A program made the position numbers and the translations under genes. Below, in pieces: positions 1 to 10,740 of a stretch of DNA of 64,000 bases (position 1 is its first letter; each line of letters starts with the position of its first letter). A model generated the notes under the pieces. It was given only the letters and a program-made list of their open reading frames with translations, ran no database searches and was not told the DNA's origin. This DNA is from Candidatus Velthaea sp. (GTDB lineage Bacteria; Vulcanimicrobiota; Vulcanimicrobiia; Vulcanimicrobiales; Vulcanimicrobiaceae): assembly GCA_965214935.1 (NCBI GenBank), contig CBDCCS010000018.1, forward strand, positions 192,001 to 256,000, read 5' to 3'.

Positions 1-365
1 ACCGACTCGGCAACCATCGCTTGCGCGTAGGTTGCGATTTGCGCGCGGTGAAAGGCCGGCTGCAACATGCGCCGGCGCTCGCGGTGACGCGGTTCTTCGC
101 TCGTCAAAAGCCCATCGCCGACGAGTTCGCGCAATAATGTTGCGCCCGTGTCGCGCACGAAGTCATGTTGACGCCGAACGAGAATCTCGGCGATCAAATC
201 GGGTTCATCGATGAGGTAGATGCGGGCGTTGAGGAGACGGAACGCGGAAACCGGTCCATGGGTCCGCGCCATGCGCTCGAAGAATCGCACGACGCCCGCG
301 GCGGACCCGCCACCAAAAAAGCCGAACGTCTCCCAGCCACGCGGTCCCGGCGGCATCGTCGTCAT
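1..365 (-). CDS. Cytochrome P450, N-terminal part (runs off window edge; absent from ORF track)
   Basis: Manual translation from ATG at 365: MTTMPPGPRGWETFGFF...LVGDGLLTSEEPRHRERRRMLQPAFHRAQIATYAQAM. PPGP and GLLTS..H...RR..QPAF are typical P450 N-terminal motifs. Confidence 0.9.
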   Translation of the reverse strand, partial: MTTMPPGPRGWETFGFFGGGSAAGVVRFFERMARTHGPVSAFRLLNARIYLIDEPDLIAEILVRRQHDFVRDTGATLLRELVGDGLLTSEEPRHRERRRMLQPAFHRAQIATYAQAMVAES

Positions 366-547
366 GCCGCTTTCGACGTTCGAGACAGTTCATCGGTTGC
401 GCGCAATCTCCGCGCCGCCCGATCCTGCGGCTTACCGCGCAACACCAGGCGCGCCGCACACGCAACTTGTATAGCGAGTGATGATCCCGCGTTCGCTCTT
501 TCATCCGCGCAGCGGAGCTTTCAGCGGCGTTGCAAAGTAACGGCGCG

Positions 548-2455
548 GTGGAAACCTTAGCCAAGCCGCCGTCAAAGATTCAAGCGCAGACTACCGAGGG
601 GATCAAACCGGCGCTGGCACTGGCCGCACTCGGCGTTGTTTTCGGCGACATCGGAACCAGCCCGCTCTACACGCTGAAAACGTGTTTCACGACGGCCAAA
701 GTCGAACCGACGCTCGAAAACGTGCTCGGCATCGTCTCGTTGCTGTTTTGGGCGCTCGTCATCGTCGTTTGCGTCAAGTATGTCGGCACCCTCATGCGCG
801 TCGATCACGAAGGTGAAGGCGGAATCTTAGCGCTCCTTGCGTTGTCGTCGCCCGACCGCAGCTTCGGCATGCCGATTAAAGTCGGCGTCTTACCGCTCAT
901 CGTCATTGCCGGCGCGGCCATGCTGTTCGGCGACGGCGTCATCACGCCGGCGATCTCAGTCATCTCGGCCGTCGAAGGCATCGGGGTATCGACGCAAGCC
1001 GCACAACCGTTCATCGTGCCGATTTCGGTCGCGATTCTCGTCGCCTTATTCCTCATTCAATCGCGCGGTACCCAAAGAGTCGGTAAACTATTTGGTCCGG
1101 TGATGGTGCTGTGGTTCGTTGCAATTGCCGTCACGGGTCTGCTTGCAATCGTCAAAGCGCCGCGCGTTTTGGCTGCGCTCGATCCGCGCAATGCAATCTA
1201 TTTTGCGACGCATCACGGCGTGTTCGGCTTCCTCGTTTTCGGCGCGGTCGTGCTGGCGATTACCGGCGTTGAAGCGTTGTACGCCGACATGTCGCACTTC
1301 GGCCGGCTGCCGATCTCCGCGGCTTGGTTCTCGCTTGTTTTCCCGGCGTTGATCTTAAATTATCTCGGTCAGGGTGCGGTGCTCCTGACGAATAGAGCCG
1401 CCTTCGATGCACCGTTCTTCGCTCTGACGTCGGGACCGTGGCTCATTCCGATGGTCATCTTGGCGACCGCCGCGACGGTCATTGCCTCACAAGCGCTCAT
1501 TTCGGGGGCGTTCACCCTGACCGAGCAAGCCGTCAACCTCAATCTCTGGCCGCGCTTGAGCATCATTCATACGTCGAGTAAACAGGCGGGTCAAGTCTTC
1601 GTCCCCGGTGTGAATGTCGTGCTCGCAATCGCCTGCGTCGCACTGGTCGTCACGTTTCGCAGCAGCGATCACTTAGCGGCCGCCTACGGCCTCGCGGTAT
1701 CGGCGACGATGCTGGCAACATCGATCACCTTTTACCATGTCGTGACGGTGGTGCTGAAATGGAGGCGCGCGGTCGTGATCCCGCTCGTCACGTTATTCTT
1801 AATCGTCGACTCGACGTTCTTCTTGTCGGCCCTGCCCAAGATCGCGGAGGGTGCGTGGCTGCCGCTCGCGATTAGTTTGATTTTCGTCATCACGTCATGG
1901 ACGTGGCTCGAGGGCCGGCGCTGTATCGGCAAAGCGCTCCTCGATTTGCAAATGCCGCTCGATCAATATCTGCGCGAAGCCCGGCCTTCATCGGAAAAGC
2001 CGCAAGGGACGATGGTGTTTCTCACCGGCAATCCGCACGGCGTTCCGTTCATCGGCGGACGGCATCGCTGGATACGCGCTCGAGCCGACGAAGAACAAGT
2101 CGTGCTTTTGACGCTCGTACGCGCAGCGCGTCCGTACGTTCCGCAGCCGGAGCGGGTGCAGATCGAGCGCGTCAATGCGCGGCTCGCGATCGTTCGCGCA
2201 AGTTTCGGCTATATGGAGGGCCCGGTTATCGGCGCGATCTTACAAGGCTGCGGTGCGCAAGGTTTGCATCTCGATACCGATGAGACGTCGTTCTTCTACG
2301 CCGATCCGAAGATCGTGGCCGACACAAAAAAGCCGTTGCCGGCTTGGCAACGCCGCTACTTCCGCTTTCTGTTGCGCAACTCGCGGCCCTTACCCGACGA
2401 TTTAGGTATCCTGGCCGAACGGCGCGTCGAACTCGGCGTGGAAGTGGCGATCTAG
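548..2455 (+). CDS. kup: KUP/HAK/KT potassium uptake transporter
   Basis: GVVFGDIGTSPLY, GEGGILAL, GDGVITPAISV, EALYADM, AYGLAV motifs; many TM segments. Start at GTG 548 is a best guess. Confidence 0.96.
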   Translation: METLAKPPSKIQAQTTEGIKPALALAALGVVFGDIGTSPLYTLKTCFTTAKVEPTLENVLGIVSLLFWALVIVVCVKYVGTLMRVDHEGEGGILALLALSSPDRSFGMPIKVGVLPLIVIAGAAMLFGDGVITPAISVISAVEGIGVSTQAAQPFIVPISVAILVALFLIQSRGTQRVGKLFGPVMVLWFVAIAVTGLLAIVKAPRVLAALDPRNAIYFATHHGVFGFLVFGAVVLAITGVEALYADMSHFGRLPISAAWFSLVFPALILNYLGQGAVLLTNRAAFDAPFFALTSGPWLIPMVILATAATVIASQALISGAFTLTEQAVNLNLWPRLSIIHTSSKQAGQVFVPGVNVVLAIACVALVVTFRSSDHLAAAYGLAVSATMLATSITFYHVVTVVLKWRRAVVIPLVTLFLIVDSTFFLSALPKIAEGAWLPLAISLIFVITSWTWLEGRRCIGKALLDLQMPLDQYLREARPSSEKPQGTMVFLTGNPHGVPFIGGRHRWIRARADEEQVVLLTLVRAARPYVPQPERVQIERVNARLAIVRASFGYMEGPVIGAILQGCGAQGLHLDTDETSFFYADPKIVADTKKPLPAWQRRYFRFLLRNSRPLPDDLGILAERRVELGVEVAI

Positions 2456-3114
2456 TGCTGCCCGATATCACCGAACTCGAACGGCTGCCGTCGCCGTCGC
2501 CGTCGCCGCAGTCGTTGGGGTTCGACGGCGAACATCTGTGGATGGGCTCGCGCGACACGTGCCGGCTCTACCGTATCGATCTCGCTACCTGGATCGCGCA
2601 CGCTGAGGGCGAGGCGCCCGGAACACCCTGGGGCTTAACCGTAACGGGCGACGACCTGCGCGTCGTTTGCGGCGAAGCGCCCGACGATAACCGGTACATT
2701 CGCCGCTTCGTACCCGGCCACGGCTTCGTGGCCGACGCGCGCATTGCGTGTCCCGATGATACCGGTTCGTATCTCGGGTATGACGGCGACCGGCTGTACC
2801 TGACGCAGTGGTATCGCCGGCGAATTCTCCGTTTAGATGCCGCCGGCGCTGTAGGCAGCATCATCGATGTGCCGCACGGTATCTGTGGTTGCGTCGTCGT
2901 CGAGGGGCGTTTCTACCTCGCGACGACCGATCGCGAAGAAACGACTGATTATTGGCTCACGCGCGTCGATGCGCGCGGCGCAACCCCCATCGTCGAGGAT
3001 CTCGCGCGCATCGGATTCGCGGCCCGCTCGCTGACCTTCGACGGCGAACGGTTCTGGACCAATCACCGCGAGCGCAACGAAGTCGTCGCCTTCGCTGCAC
3101 CGCCCGGCGTATAA
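2455..3114 (+). CDS. Hypothetical beta-propeller protein (glutaminyl cyclase/Vgb-like repeats)
   Basis: GTG overlaps the kup stop; repeated L(G/T)(F/Y)DGE.LW/LY blades. Confidence 0.65.
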   Translation: MLPDITELERLPSPSPSPQSLGFDGEHLWMGSRDTCRLYRIDLATWIAHAEGEAPGTPWGLTVTGDDLRVVCGEAPDDNRYIRRFVPGHGFVADARIACPDDTGSYLGYDGDRLYLTQWYRRRILRLDAAGAVGSIIDVPHGICGCVVVEGRFYLATTDREETTDYWLTRVDARGATPIVEDLARIGFAARSLTFDGERFWTNHRERNEVVAFAAPPGV

Positions 3115-3127
3115 GGCCGGATTGGGC

Positions 3128-3745
3128 CTAAGCTCGTGCCGCGGTCGCTACTGCGGGCTCGAACTCCGCTAGGAACGCCGGCAGTTCAACGTTACCCGTG
3201 CTGACCGCCGAGCTTCCGCCGGCAAGCAGCAACGTGACGTCGGTGATGCCGATGAAGCCCAAGATCTGCTTGATATAACTGCTGGCGACGTTATGGGACT
3301 CGGCGTAGGCGCCGGGCGTATACACGCCGCCCGATGCTAGGATCACGGTCGCTTTCTTGCCTTTGACTAAGCCTTCGTAGCTCGGCGAAAAGGTTACGCC
3401 GATGCGAACGATGTGGTCGATATATGCCTTGAGGTTGGCCGGTATCGAAAAGTTATACATCGATGTCCCGAGCACGAGATGGTCGGCGGCCATCAATTCT
3501 GCGATGAGCTCGTCGGAAATCTTCAACGCTTCGGCCATTTCGGCTGAATGTTGTTCGGGCGGCGTATAGGCACCGGCGATCCACGGCAAATCAATGAACG
3601 GCAGGTCGGTTTTTACCAAATCGCGTTGGACGACGGTACCGCCGGCATGTTCCGCGGTCCAATCGGCAACGAATTTTGCGGTCAACTGGCGCGAGACCGA
3701 ATAGTCTCCCCGCGGACTGGATTCAATGACGAGCAGACTAGGCAT
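3128..3745 (-). CDS. azoR: FMN-dependent NADH-azoreductase
   Basis: LLVIESSPRG.YSVSRQL, MYNFSIPANLKAYIDHI, ASGGVY motifs. Confidence 0.92.
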   Translation of the reverse strand: MPSLLVIESSPRGDYSVSRQLTAKFVADWTAEHAGGTVVQRDLVKTDLPFIDLPWIAGAYTPPEQHSAEMAEALKISDELIAELMAADHLVLGTSMYNFSIPANLKAYIDHIVRIGVTFSPSYEGLVKGKKATVILASGGVYTPGAYAESHNVASSYIKQILGFIGITDVTLLLAGGSSAVSTGNVELPAFLAEFEPAVATAARA

Positions 3746-3816
3746 GAAGTGATCCTCGTGTAAGCATGGCAAAAGGGGGGTGGTCATCATCGTACGATGC
3801 GCTAGACCGTTATACA

Positions 3817-3846
3817 CAACAACTGTTGCTTTTGCAACAGGTGTAG
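3817..3846. promoter_or_regulatory. Tandem candidate TetR operators in the divergent azoR/TetR promoter
   Basis: CAACA-AC-TGTTG (3817-3828) and CAACA-GG-TGTAG (3835-3846) in an AT-rich intergenic region. Confidence 0.6.
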
Positions 3847-3858
3847 TAAGATAAGATA

Positions 3859-4443
3859 ATGGCGCAGATTGTTGGACCGCTGGTCGAACCGGCCGATCCG
3901 AGAACGCGCCGCACGCGATATCTTCTGCATGCGGCGCTGGCCGAATTGCTGCGCAGCAAGCCGTTCGGAAAGATCTCCGTGGGCGATATCACCGCCGAAG
4001 CAGCCGTCAATCGTGCGACCTTTTACGCCCACTATCCCGATAAATTCGCGCTGCTCGAGGGGTTTGTGGGTGCCGAGTTTCAGGCCGTTTTGACCAAACG
4101 CCAAGTGCGCTTCGACGGCTCGTGTCCGCAAGCGCTGCAGAACATCACGTTGGCAATGTGCGATTATCTGGCCGGCTTGCCCGGGGCTGCCTGTGCGGAG
4201 CGGCGGGAACTCGACAGCCATTTCGAGTCGGCGCTCATGGCCGTCGTGCGCGATATGCTCCTGTGCGGTCTACGCGCACGGGCCGGGCCGCGAAACGTCG
4301 CGCCCGAACTCATTGCAGCAACGATCAGCGGCGCGATCTACGGCGGGGCGAACGAGTGGGTTCGCACGCCGGACCGCGGACCGCTCGAAGGCGCCGTTGA
4401 CGATATTTTTACGCTGATCGCGCCGATGCTGGCAACAGGTTAA
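3859..4443 (+). CDS. TetR/AcrR family transcriptional regulator
   Basis: DPRTRRTR...ISVGDITAEAAVNRATFYAHYPDK HTH. Confidence 0.93.
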   Translation: MAQIVGPLVEPADPRTRRTRYLLHAALAELLRSKPFGKISVGDITAEAAVNRATFYAHYPDKFALLEGFVGAEFQAVLTKRQVRFDGSCPQALQNITLAMCDYLAGLPGAACAERRELDSHFESALMAVVRDMLLCGLRARAGPRNVAPELIAATISGAIYGGANEWVRTPDRGPLEGAVDDIFTLIAPMLATG

Positions 4444-5597
4444 CGGCTGACGCCGGCCGGCGGCGCGCGATCCGGTACGCGCACGACGGGTGCGAGCGCC
4501 GCAATCGTCAGGGCGAATACGCCGACGAACGCAAACGCGACGTCAATCGATGAGTGCGCGGCCGTAAAGCCGATGAGCGACGGGCCGATGAAGAAGCCGC
4601 CGTAGCCGAGCGTGGTCACGACCGCAACTCCGGCGCCCGAACCCGCTTGCGCGTCGTCGCCGCCCGCGCCGTACACGATCGGCGAAACATTCGCTAAGCC
4701 GATGCCGGCGATGAAAAAGCCGGCCAAGACCGCGCTGTAGGTGTGGACGATAAGCGCGAGTGCAATCCCGCCCGCCGCAATGATGCCGCCGGCGCGAATC
4801 AGCCGGACGCGGCCGGTGCGGTCGACGATCCAGTCGCCGCTGAAACGCGCCGCGGACATTGCCACGGCATAGGCTGCAAATCCACCTAGCGCGGCCGAAA
4901 TACTCACATGTAGCGATTCACGCAAATAGATGCCGCTCCAGCCGACGAGCGCGCCTTCGGATACGGCGCCGCAGATGGCCGCGACCCCGAGCCATAACAG
5001 ACGAGCCGGGATCCGGCGCGAGCGCCGCCGGCGGACGTGCGGTTGCGGATCTTCGCGGACGAGCAGCGGCAGTGCCGACAGGGCGGCGGCGGCTATCACG
5101 ATTGCGACGCCGGCGCTGGCTGTGCCGTGCGGCCAGCGCGCGGCGACGACGCCCGCCATTGCGCCGGCGGCGACGAACGTGCCGACGCTAACGAGTGCGT
5201 GCAACGACGACATGACCGGCCGCCCGGCGCGACGCCCTAGCGTGATACCGTTAACGTTGATTGAAACGTCGAGCGTGCCGTTTCCGATGCCCATGATGAA
5301 CGCCGCGCCCAACAGCGGTCCGTAGCTCGGTGCAGCGGTCGTATAACCTAAAGCCATTCCGTAAAGCGTCCCACCGGCGGCGATCAGGCGGCGGCTGCCG
5401 TAACGATCGCAAAGCGCGCCGCAGGCCGGCATTGCGACGATCGCACCCGCCGCCGCGCAGAGCAAAACGACCGCCAGCGCAGCATCGTTGAGTGCAAGCC
5501 GTTCTTTGACGATGGGAATGAACGCGGCCCAGGCGCCGATACCGATGCCGATGATGAGGAACATTGCCGAGATCGCGCCGCGCTGCGCGCGGATCAC
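4440..5597 (-). CDS. MFS transporter
   Basis: About 12 hydrophobic segments; motif A-like G.LCDRYGSRR and GDWIVDRTGR. Confidence 0.9.
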   Translation of the reverse strand: MIRAQRGAISAMFLIIGIGIGAWAAFIPIVKERLALNDAALAVVLLCAAAGAIVAMPACGALCDRYGSRRLIAAGGTLYGMALGYTTAAPSYGPLLGAAFIMGIGNGTLDVSINVNGITLGRRAGRPVMSSLHALVSVGTFVAAGAMAGVVAARWPHGTASAGVAIVIAAAALSALPLLVREDPQPHVRRRRSRRIPARLLWLGVAAICGAVSEGALVGWSGIYLRESLHVSISAALGGFAAYAVAMSAARFSGDWIVDRTGRVRLIRAGGIIAAGGIALALIVHTYSAVLAGFFIAGIGLANVSPIVYGAGGDDAQAGSGAGVAVVTTLGYGGFFIGPSLIGFTAAHSSIDVAFAFVGVFALTIAALAPVVRVPDRAPPAGVSR

Positions 5598-6619
5598 GCG
5601 GCGTCAACGGGAACGGCGCGGCGGTAAACGATCGCAGCGTTGCGCTCGTCGCGCCTGACGTACGCTTGCCGCCGCAAGCGTTCGAGGTGAGCGAGTGTTT
5701 CGGCAACGGCGAATTGCTGGTGCGCTGAGTTGAGTTCGCTAAAGTTTCGATTGCGTCGCGTCCACGGTAACGCGCGCGCAATGTCGGCGCCGCTCAGCGG
5801 CTCGGCGCCGAGCAACGCTTGAATCTGCGCTTCACGCCGTGCTTCGTGCGCCAGCAATGCATCGACACGGCCACCCAGATCGGCAAATGGTTCGCCATGA
5901 GCGGGGAAAACGCGCCGTGCGGCGCTTGTCCGAGCGACGTGCAGCGAACGGATGTAATCTCCGAGCGGATCGCTGTCGCCCGCGCGCCAAATGCCGACAT
6001 GCGGTGTGATCGGATCCAGGATGTGATCGCCGCTAAAAAGCGTAGCGGTCGGTAAGTCGAAAAAACACAGATGACCCGGCGTGTGACCGGGCGTCCAATA
6101 CGCTTGCAGGCGTCCGATCCGTTCGCCGTCGGCGATCTCGCGCGTCGGCGGCGCGAGTTCCGTCCGGTGATGATGCAGCTCGTCTTCGAGCAAGGTGTCG
6201 ACGCGTAATCCGTTGCGTTCGATCCAAGCATCGGCAACGCGATCTGCGCCGGCCGGATCGCTCAACGTAGCGCGCGCGAGCTCCCAATCGCGGACATGCA
6301 TCCCAAGTTCCGCAATGCCGGCGCGCATGAGTGTCGCCGCCAATCCGTAATGATCGAAGTGCGCATGGGTGACCACTAAGCGACGGATATCGCCTAAGCG
6401 ATAGCCGTGCGCTTGTAGACCGGCGTGCAGCGCCGCCAACACATCGTCGGCCTTCCAACCGGCGTCGATAAGCGTAAGGCCATCGTCTTCGGCGACCAAA
6501 TAACCGTTGATATAGCGCAACGGATTGCCGGCCATCGGTAAACGCACTTGTATGATGCCGTCGCCGTGGGCGGTCGTCGCTTCAAAGTCGCTCAGTTGCG
6601 CCCGCTTCATACCGATCAC
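5594..6619 (-). CDS. MBL-fold metallo-hydrolase
   Basis: THAHFDHYG, TPGHTPGH, SGDH, PAHG metal-binding motifs. Confidence 0.92.
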   Translation of the reverse strand: MIGMKRAQLSDFEATTAHGDGIIQVRLPMAGNPLRYINGYLVAEDDGLTLIDAGWKADDVLAALHAGLQAHGYRLGDIRRLVVTHAHFDHYGLAATLMRAGIAELGMHVRDWELARATLSDPAGADRVADAWIERNGLRVDTLLEDELHHHRTELAPPTREIADGERIGRLQAYWTPGHTPGHLCFFDLPTATLFSGDHILDPITPHVGIWRAGDSDPLGDYIRSLHVARTSAARRVFPAHGEPFADLGGRVDALLAHEARREAQIQALLGAEPLSGADIARALPWTRRNRNFSELNSAHQQFAVAETLAHLERLRRQAYVRRDERNAAIVYRRAVPVDAA

Positions 6620-6663
6620 GCACGTACATGAAGTGCAGCCTTCGCCGAGTCGAGCGCATTCCG

Positions 6664-7314
6664 CTATTGGTGGAGCGTGGCCGCACGATGGAAGAGCGGA
6701 CTTTCGGTCAAGCCGTTCAAGACGAATTGCACGGCGAGAGCCGCGAGAATGATTCCGAGCAAACGAGTGACGACGTGCACGCCCGTGTTGCCGATGAGCT
6801 TGAGCACGAGCGTTGCGCTACGCATACACGCCCACGTTACGGCCAGTGCCGTGATGAACGCAAAAAACACGATTGCCAGCCGCACGCCGTTGTAATGCGT
6901 TGCATTGACGAGCAGCAAAACCGTCGCGATCGTGCCGGGTCCCGCGATCATCGGCACCGCCAGCGGAAAGACCGCGGGATTCTCGATCTGCGCGGATTCA
7001 CGCTGTTCTTCTTCGGTTTGTTTGGTGCCGGTTTTGCGCGCGAAGAGCATGTCGATGGCGATGAGCAGCAGCAGCACGCCGCCCGCGATTGCAAATGCCG
7101 GCAACGTGATGCCGAGGTATTCAAGCAGCGCCCGCCCGGCCAGACCCATCACTAAGATGATAACTGCGGCAATGATGACGGCCCGATCGACGATCGCCGC
7201 GCGTGCGCGCGGAGACGCCTGAGTCGTAACGGCGAGCGCGAGGGGAATCATGCCGACCGGGTCGATGATGGTAAACGCCGTCACGAACGCGGTAACGGCA
7301 AAGCGAACGTCCAT
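6664..7314 (-). CDS. MarC family membrane protein
   Basis: IIDPVG, FAIAGG, AVFPLAVPMIAGPG, RLLGIILAALAVQF. Confidence 0.93.
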   Translation of the reverse strand: MDVRFAVTAFVTAFTIIDPVGMIPLALAVTTQASPRARAAIVDRAVIIAAVIILVMGLAGRALLEYLGITLPAFAIAGGVLLLLIAIDMLFARKTGTKQTEEEQRESAQIENPAVFPLAVPMIAGPGTIATVLLLVNATHYNGVRLAIVFFAFITALAVTWACMRSATLVLKLIGNTGVHVVTRLLGIILAALAVQFVLNGLTESPLFHRAATLHQ

Positions 7315-7436
7315 CGAGCTACGTCAGACCGCATGGGCGGCGGAACCCTGCAGCCGTCGGCTGCATTGCAGCAACCGAACTTGCGAGCGGTCGAGCCGAC
7401 GAGGAAAAGCGGCTTCATGCCGAAGAGAATCGGCGA

Positions 7437-8291
7437 ATGCAACTCGACATTGCACGGCAGCGGCAATTCGCCGAAGACGGTTTCGTCATCATCCCGAACG
7501 CGCGCACGACGGCTCAAATAGCCGAACTTCGAGCGCGGGCGGATGCGATCGTCGACGCGTTCACCGATGAGGAACCGCGCTCGATTTTTCGATCCGCCGG
7601 TGAACGCAGTAAGGATGACGCCGGCTTCATGAGTTCGGGTTCGTCGGTGCGATGTTTCTTTGAAGAAGAAGCACTCGCTGCCGACGGCCGGCTCGTCGCG
7701 CCCAAAGACCGGGCAATCAATAAAATCGGTCATGCCATGCACGATCTCGATCCGGTATTTTCACGTTTTTCACACGGTGACGACTTGCAAACCATCGCGC
7801 GTGGAGTCGGCTTGGCCGCGCCGCGCATCTATCAGTCGATGTACATCTTCAAACAACCGCAAATCGGCGGTGAAATACGCTGGCATCAGGACGCGACGTA
7901 CTTCGTCACCGAACCGGTGTCGGTAACCACGTTCTGGTTTGCCCTTGAAGATGCCGCAGTCGATAACGGCTGTTTGTGGGTCCAGCCGGGCGGCCATCGA
8001 ACGCCGCTGCGCGAGCGCTTTGTCGTCGATGCCGGCGCTGCCCGGCTCGAAACGCTCGATGCGATGCCCTGGCCCGATCGGCGCGCCTCGCTACCGCTCG
8101 AGGTGCCGGCCGGTACGCTCGTCGTCTTTCATGGTTTGCTGCCGCACTACAGCGCGCCCAATCGGTCGCCGCGTTCGCGCCGCGCCTACACGCTGCATGC
8201 CGTCGATGCGGCGGCGACCTACGCTCGGACGAACTGGCTGCAGCGTGATGCAGCCTTTCCGGTCCGTGATTTTTGCAATGCAGCGCAGTAG
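7437..8291 (+). CDS. Phytanoyl-CoA dioxygenase family (PHYHD1-like) 2OG-Fe(II) oxygenase
   Basis: INKIGHAMH, QSMYIFKQP..GG..WHQD, NGCL, H.S..N.S..SR.AY motifs. Confidence 0.92.
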   Translation: MQLDIARQRQFAEDGFVIIPNARTTAQIAELRARADAIVDAFTDEEPRSIFRSAGERSKDDAGFMSSGSSVRCFFEEEALAADGRLVAPKDRAINKIGHAMHDLDPVFSRFSHGDDLQTIARGVGLAAPRIYQSMYIFKQPQIGGEIRWHQDATYFVTEPVSVTTFWFALEDAAVDNGCLWVQPGGHRTPLRERFVVDAGAARLETLDAMPWPDRRASLPLEVPAGTLVVFHGLLPHYSAPNRSPRSRRAYTLHAVDAAATYARTNWLQRDAAFPVRDFCNAAQ

Positions 8292-8373
8292 TCGCCGGCA
8301 GCCGCGCAGGCACCGCCCCGGGTAGTCGCGCAGCGGCGGGGATTGTCGTTTTCCGCCATGTATCAACGGCCAG

Positions 8374-10740
8374 ATGCACCCCTTGCTGCTTGCCATGTGC
8401 TGTCTCATCAGCGGCAACGTTCATGCCGTTTCCGGCGCGCCGCTCGCCGGCGTTCGGGTCGAGCTGCGCGGAGCTCCGGTCGCCGCACCGGCCACATCGG
8501 ATGCTCGCGGCAAGTTCACGCTGACGGCAAGCCCGGGCGTCTATCAGATTGCAGCCTCGGTTCGGGGCTATGCTCCCGTTACGGTGGCCGTCAAAGCGGA
8601 GCGCGACGTCAGCATCGATGTCTCCCTCGAGCCGCTGGACTCACCGAAACTACGGCAGATCGGTCGCGTCGCCGTCGACAGCCGCCTTACGCCGATTCAG
8701 GGCACCTTACCGTCGCTGACGCTAACGCGGTCGGATTTCGATCGGCTCGGCGACGATCGTGTCATCGATGGATTGCAGCAAATTCCGAGTACGACGTTCG
8801 CACGACCCGACGGTGGTGCCGCAAGCGCGATTGCCGTCGTGGCGCTGCGCGGTCCCGATCCGTCGGAATCGTTGATAGCACTGGACGGACAACTTCTCAA
8901 CGATGGGAATACGGGCGATCTCGATCTCTCGCGGCTTCCGGTAGCGGCGTTCTCGGCCGTCGACGTGACCGAGGGTCTGGGTCCCGAAGATACCAACGGC
9001 AGTAACACGTTCGGCGGCGCGATCAACCTGCTGTCGTTGCGTCCGACCAAGAGCCCGCACTATGCGTTATCGCTGTCGGGCGGCTCGTTCGGACGCAGCG
9101 AAGCGTGGTTGAACGCAACCGGAACGCAAGGCCGTCTGGGTTACGCGGCGGCGGTCGATCAACAGAACGACGGCGGCTATGTCAACGCGAGCGTACCCCT
9201 TTATTCGACAAGCGATCCGGCGTGCGCGCCGTGCGCCACGCAGCTCGGCTCGGCCGTCGCTTCGCACGTGGCGCTCGGCACGCTGACCTGGTCGTTTTCA
9301 CAAGATGCCGATATGACCGCGCGCGTGTTTGTGCTCGGGGACAATCGCGACCAAAGTAGTGCGCTCAACGGTATCGACCGCAACAGCGGCGACATCGCAA
9401 TGCCCCAATACGGCCAACCGACCGGCCCCGGCAATCAAACCTTCCAACAAGTGATTCGTGCCTATCAATTGCGCGGTCGCACGCCGCTGGGCGCGGGAGA
9501 GCTGACGACCGACTTTTCAGCAAGCGACAACAGCATCGACGTCAACGGGGGCAGCGCCTCACCGTACGACCTCGTTCACCAAGACCATCGCTACAACGGC
9601 GCTGCGACGTGGCAGCGCATCTTTACGAAATCTCAGTTCGCCGTCGGCGGATATACACGTTATGAGTCGCTGCAGTTCATTGCTCCGGGCGCGGCAACAA
9701 ACGCGCCGTTGCTGCCGTCGCAGGCGGTCCCGTTGCTCGGGCAAACGATCGGCGTGCTTTTTGCGCGCGGCGGTTTTGTGCCGACGCCGAAATTACGAAT
9801 TGACGGTGGTGTCTTTCACTCGCGCTACTCGACGTTCGGCGCGAACCTCGATGGGCGATTCGGCGCGATCTATAGTCTGGATCCGCAAACGGGACTTCGC
9901 TTTTCGCTCGGCACGGGCTTTCGCGCGCCGTTGCTGGCCGAGCGCTACCGGTTTCCGTACAGTCAATTGACGCTCGATGGAAACAATGTATTTGTCGGTC
10001 AGGGAAGCGCCGGCGAGCAACCCGAGCACGCGACTGAGTACGAAGCCGGCATCTCGCACGATTCGCGCTCGTCGACGATCGACTTCTCGTTATACCGAAC
10101 GAATTTGCGCAACCCCGTCGAGGTGTTTTACCCGCTCGCTGCAGTTGCGAACGGCGCTTGCAAATCAAGCTCGTACGTTAACCCGCTGCCGGAATGCGTG
10201 TCCTATCAAAGTAATGTCGGTAACGCCGTTTACGAGGGCGCCGAAGTGCGTTTCGTGCAACGCTTCGTGCCGCAGCGGCTGTATCTGACCGCGACGTACG
10301 GCCTCAACGTTTCATATCCCAAAGATCTCAATGCGCAGTTTTCGAACCCGACATCGGGCGGTAATCTCGTCGATAACGCGCAGTTTCTCGGCGTCCCGCA
10401 ACAGCAAGGCTCGCTCGAAGTCGACTGGAACAATGCCGGTCTGCACGCCGGTGCGGTTGCGAATTTCCGGGGCGACAACAACGAGCTCAATTTGCCCCCG
10501 TTCACGATCGTCAATGCGCTCGTCGGCACGCAAATCGATAAGCATGTCGACTTGTCACTGGCTGCGAGCAATCTCTTCAATGCAGCGGCGGGCCGCTTTA
10601 CGCTGTTCGGCGCGGGCGTTCCCTACCGCGGCATCGTCGGCCAAAACGCATCCGGCGGCGCGTTGTTCGGGCCGCTGCCGACCGATGCGAATTACGTAGA
10701 GCCCTTGGGCGTGCGGCTTATACTGACGGTCAAACAGTAA
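8374..10740 (+). CDS. TonB-dependent receptor with carboxypeptidase-regulatory-like N-domain
   Basis: N-terminal Ig-like domain (SDARGKF), plug (LRGPDPSESLIALDG, GGAIN), GTGFRAP, PEHATEYEAG, amphipathic C-terminal strand. Confidence 0.88.
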   Translation: MHPLLLAMCCLISGNVHAVSGAPLAGVRVELRGAPVAAPATSDARGKFTLTASPGVYQIAASVRGYAPVTVAVKAERDVSIDVSLEPLDSPKLRQIGRVAVDSRLTPIQGTLPSLTLTRSDFDRLGDDRVIDGLQQIPSTTFARPDGGAASAIAVVALRGPDPSESLIALDGQLLNDGNTGDLDLSRLPVAAFSAVDVTEGLGPEDTNGSNTFGGAINLLSLRPTKSPHYALSLSGGSFGRSEAWLNATGTQGRLGYAAAVDQQNDGGYVNASVPLYSTSDPACAPCATQLGSAVASHVALGTLTWSFSQDADMTARVFVLGDNRDQSSALNGIDRNSGDIAMPQYGQPTGPGNQTFQQVIRAYQLRGRTPLGAGELTTDFSASDNSIDVNGGSASPYDLVHQDHRYNGAATWQRIFTKSQFAVGGYTRYESLQFIAPGAATNAPLLPSQAVPLLGQTIGVLFARGGFVPTPKLRIDGGVFHSRYSTFGANLDGRFGAIYSLDPQTGLRFSLGTGFRAPLLAERYRFPYSQLTLDGNNVFVGQGSAGEQPEHATEYEAGISHDSRSSTIDFSLYRTNLRNPVEVFYPLAAVANGACKSSSYVNPLPECVSYQSNVGNAVYEGAEVRFVQRFVPQRLYLTATYGLNVSYPKDLNAQFSNPTSGGNLVDNAQFLGVPQQQGSLEVDWNNAGLHAGAVANFRGDNNELNLPPFTIVNALVGTQIDKHVDLSLAASNLFNAAAGRFTLFGAGVPYRGIVGQNASGGALFGPLPTDANYVEPLGVRLILTVKQ

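Noticed and set aside
366..547. c-di-AMP riboswitch upstream of kup
   Set aside because: The conserved GCYGAAUCC, GGGGAACC and GUCAGCUAAC elements are not present.
2485..2510. (CCGTCG)n short tandem repeat
   Set aside because: In-frame coding repeat (PSPSPSP); ordinary low complexity.
8292..8373. QAPP upstream of TBDR1 as a second arrest motif
   Set aside because: Lies after the double TAG of the dioxygenase, has no start codon and lacks the Arg.
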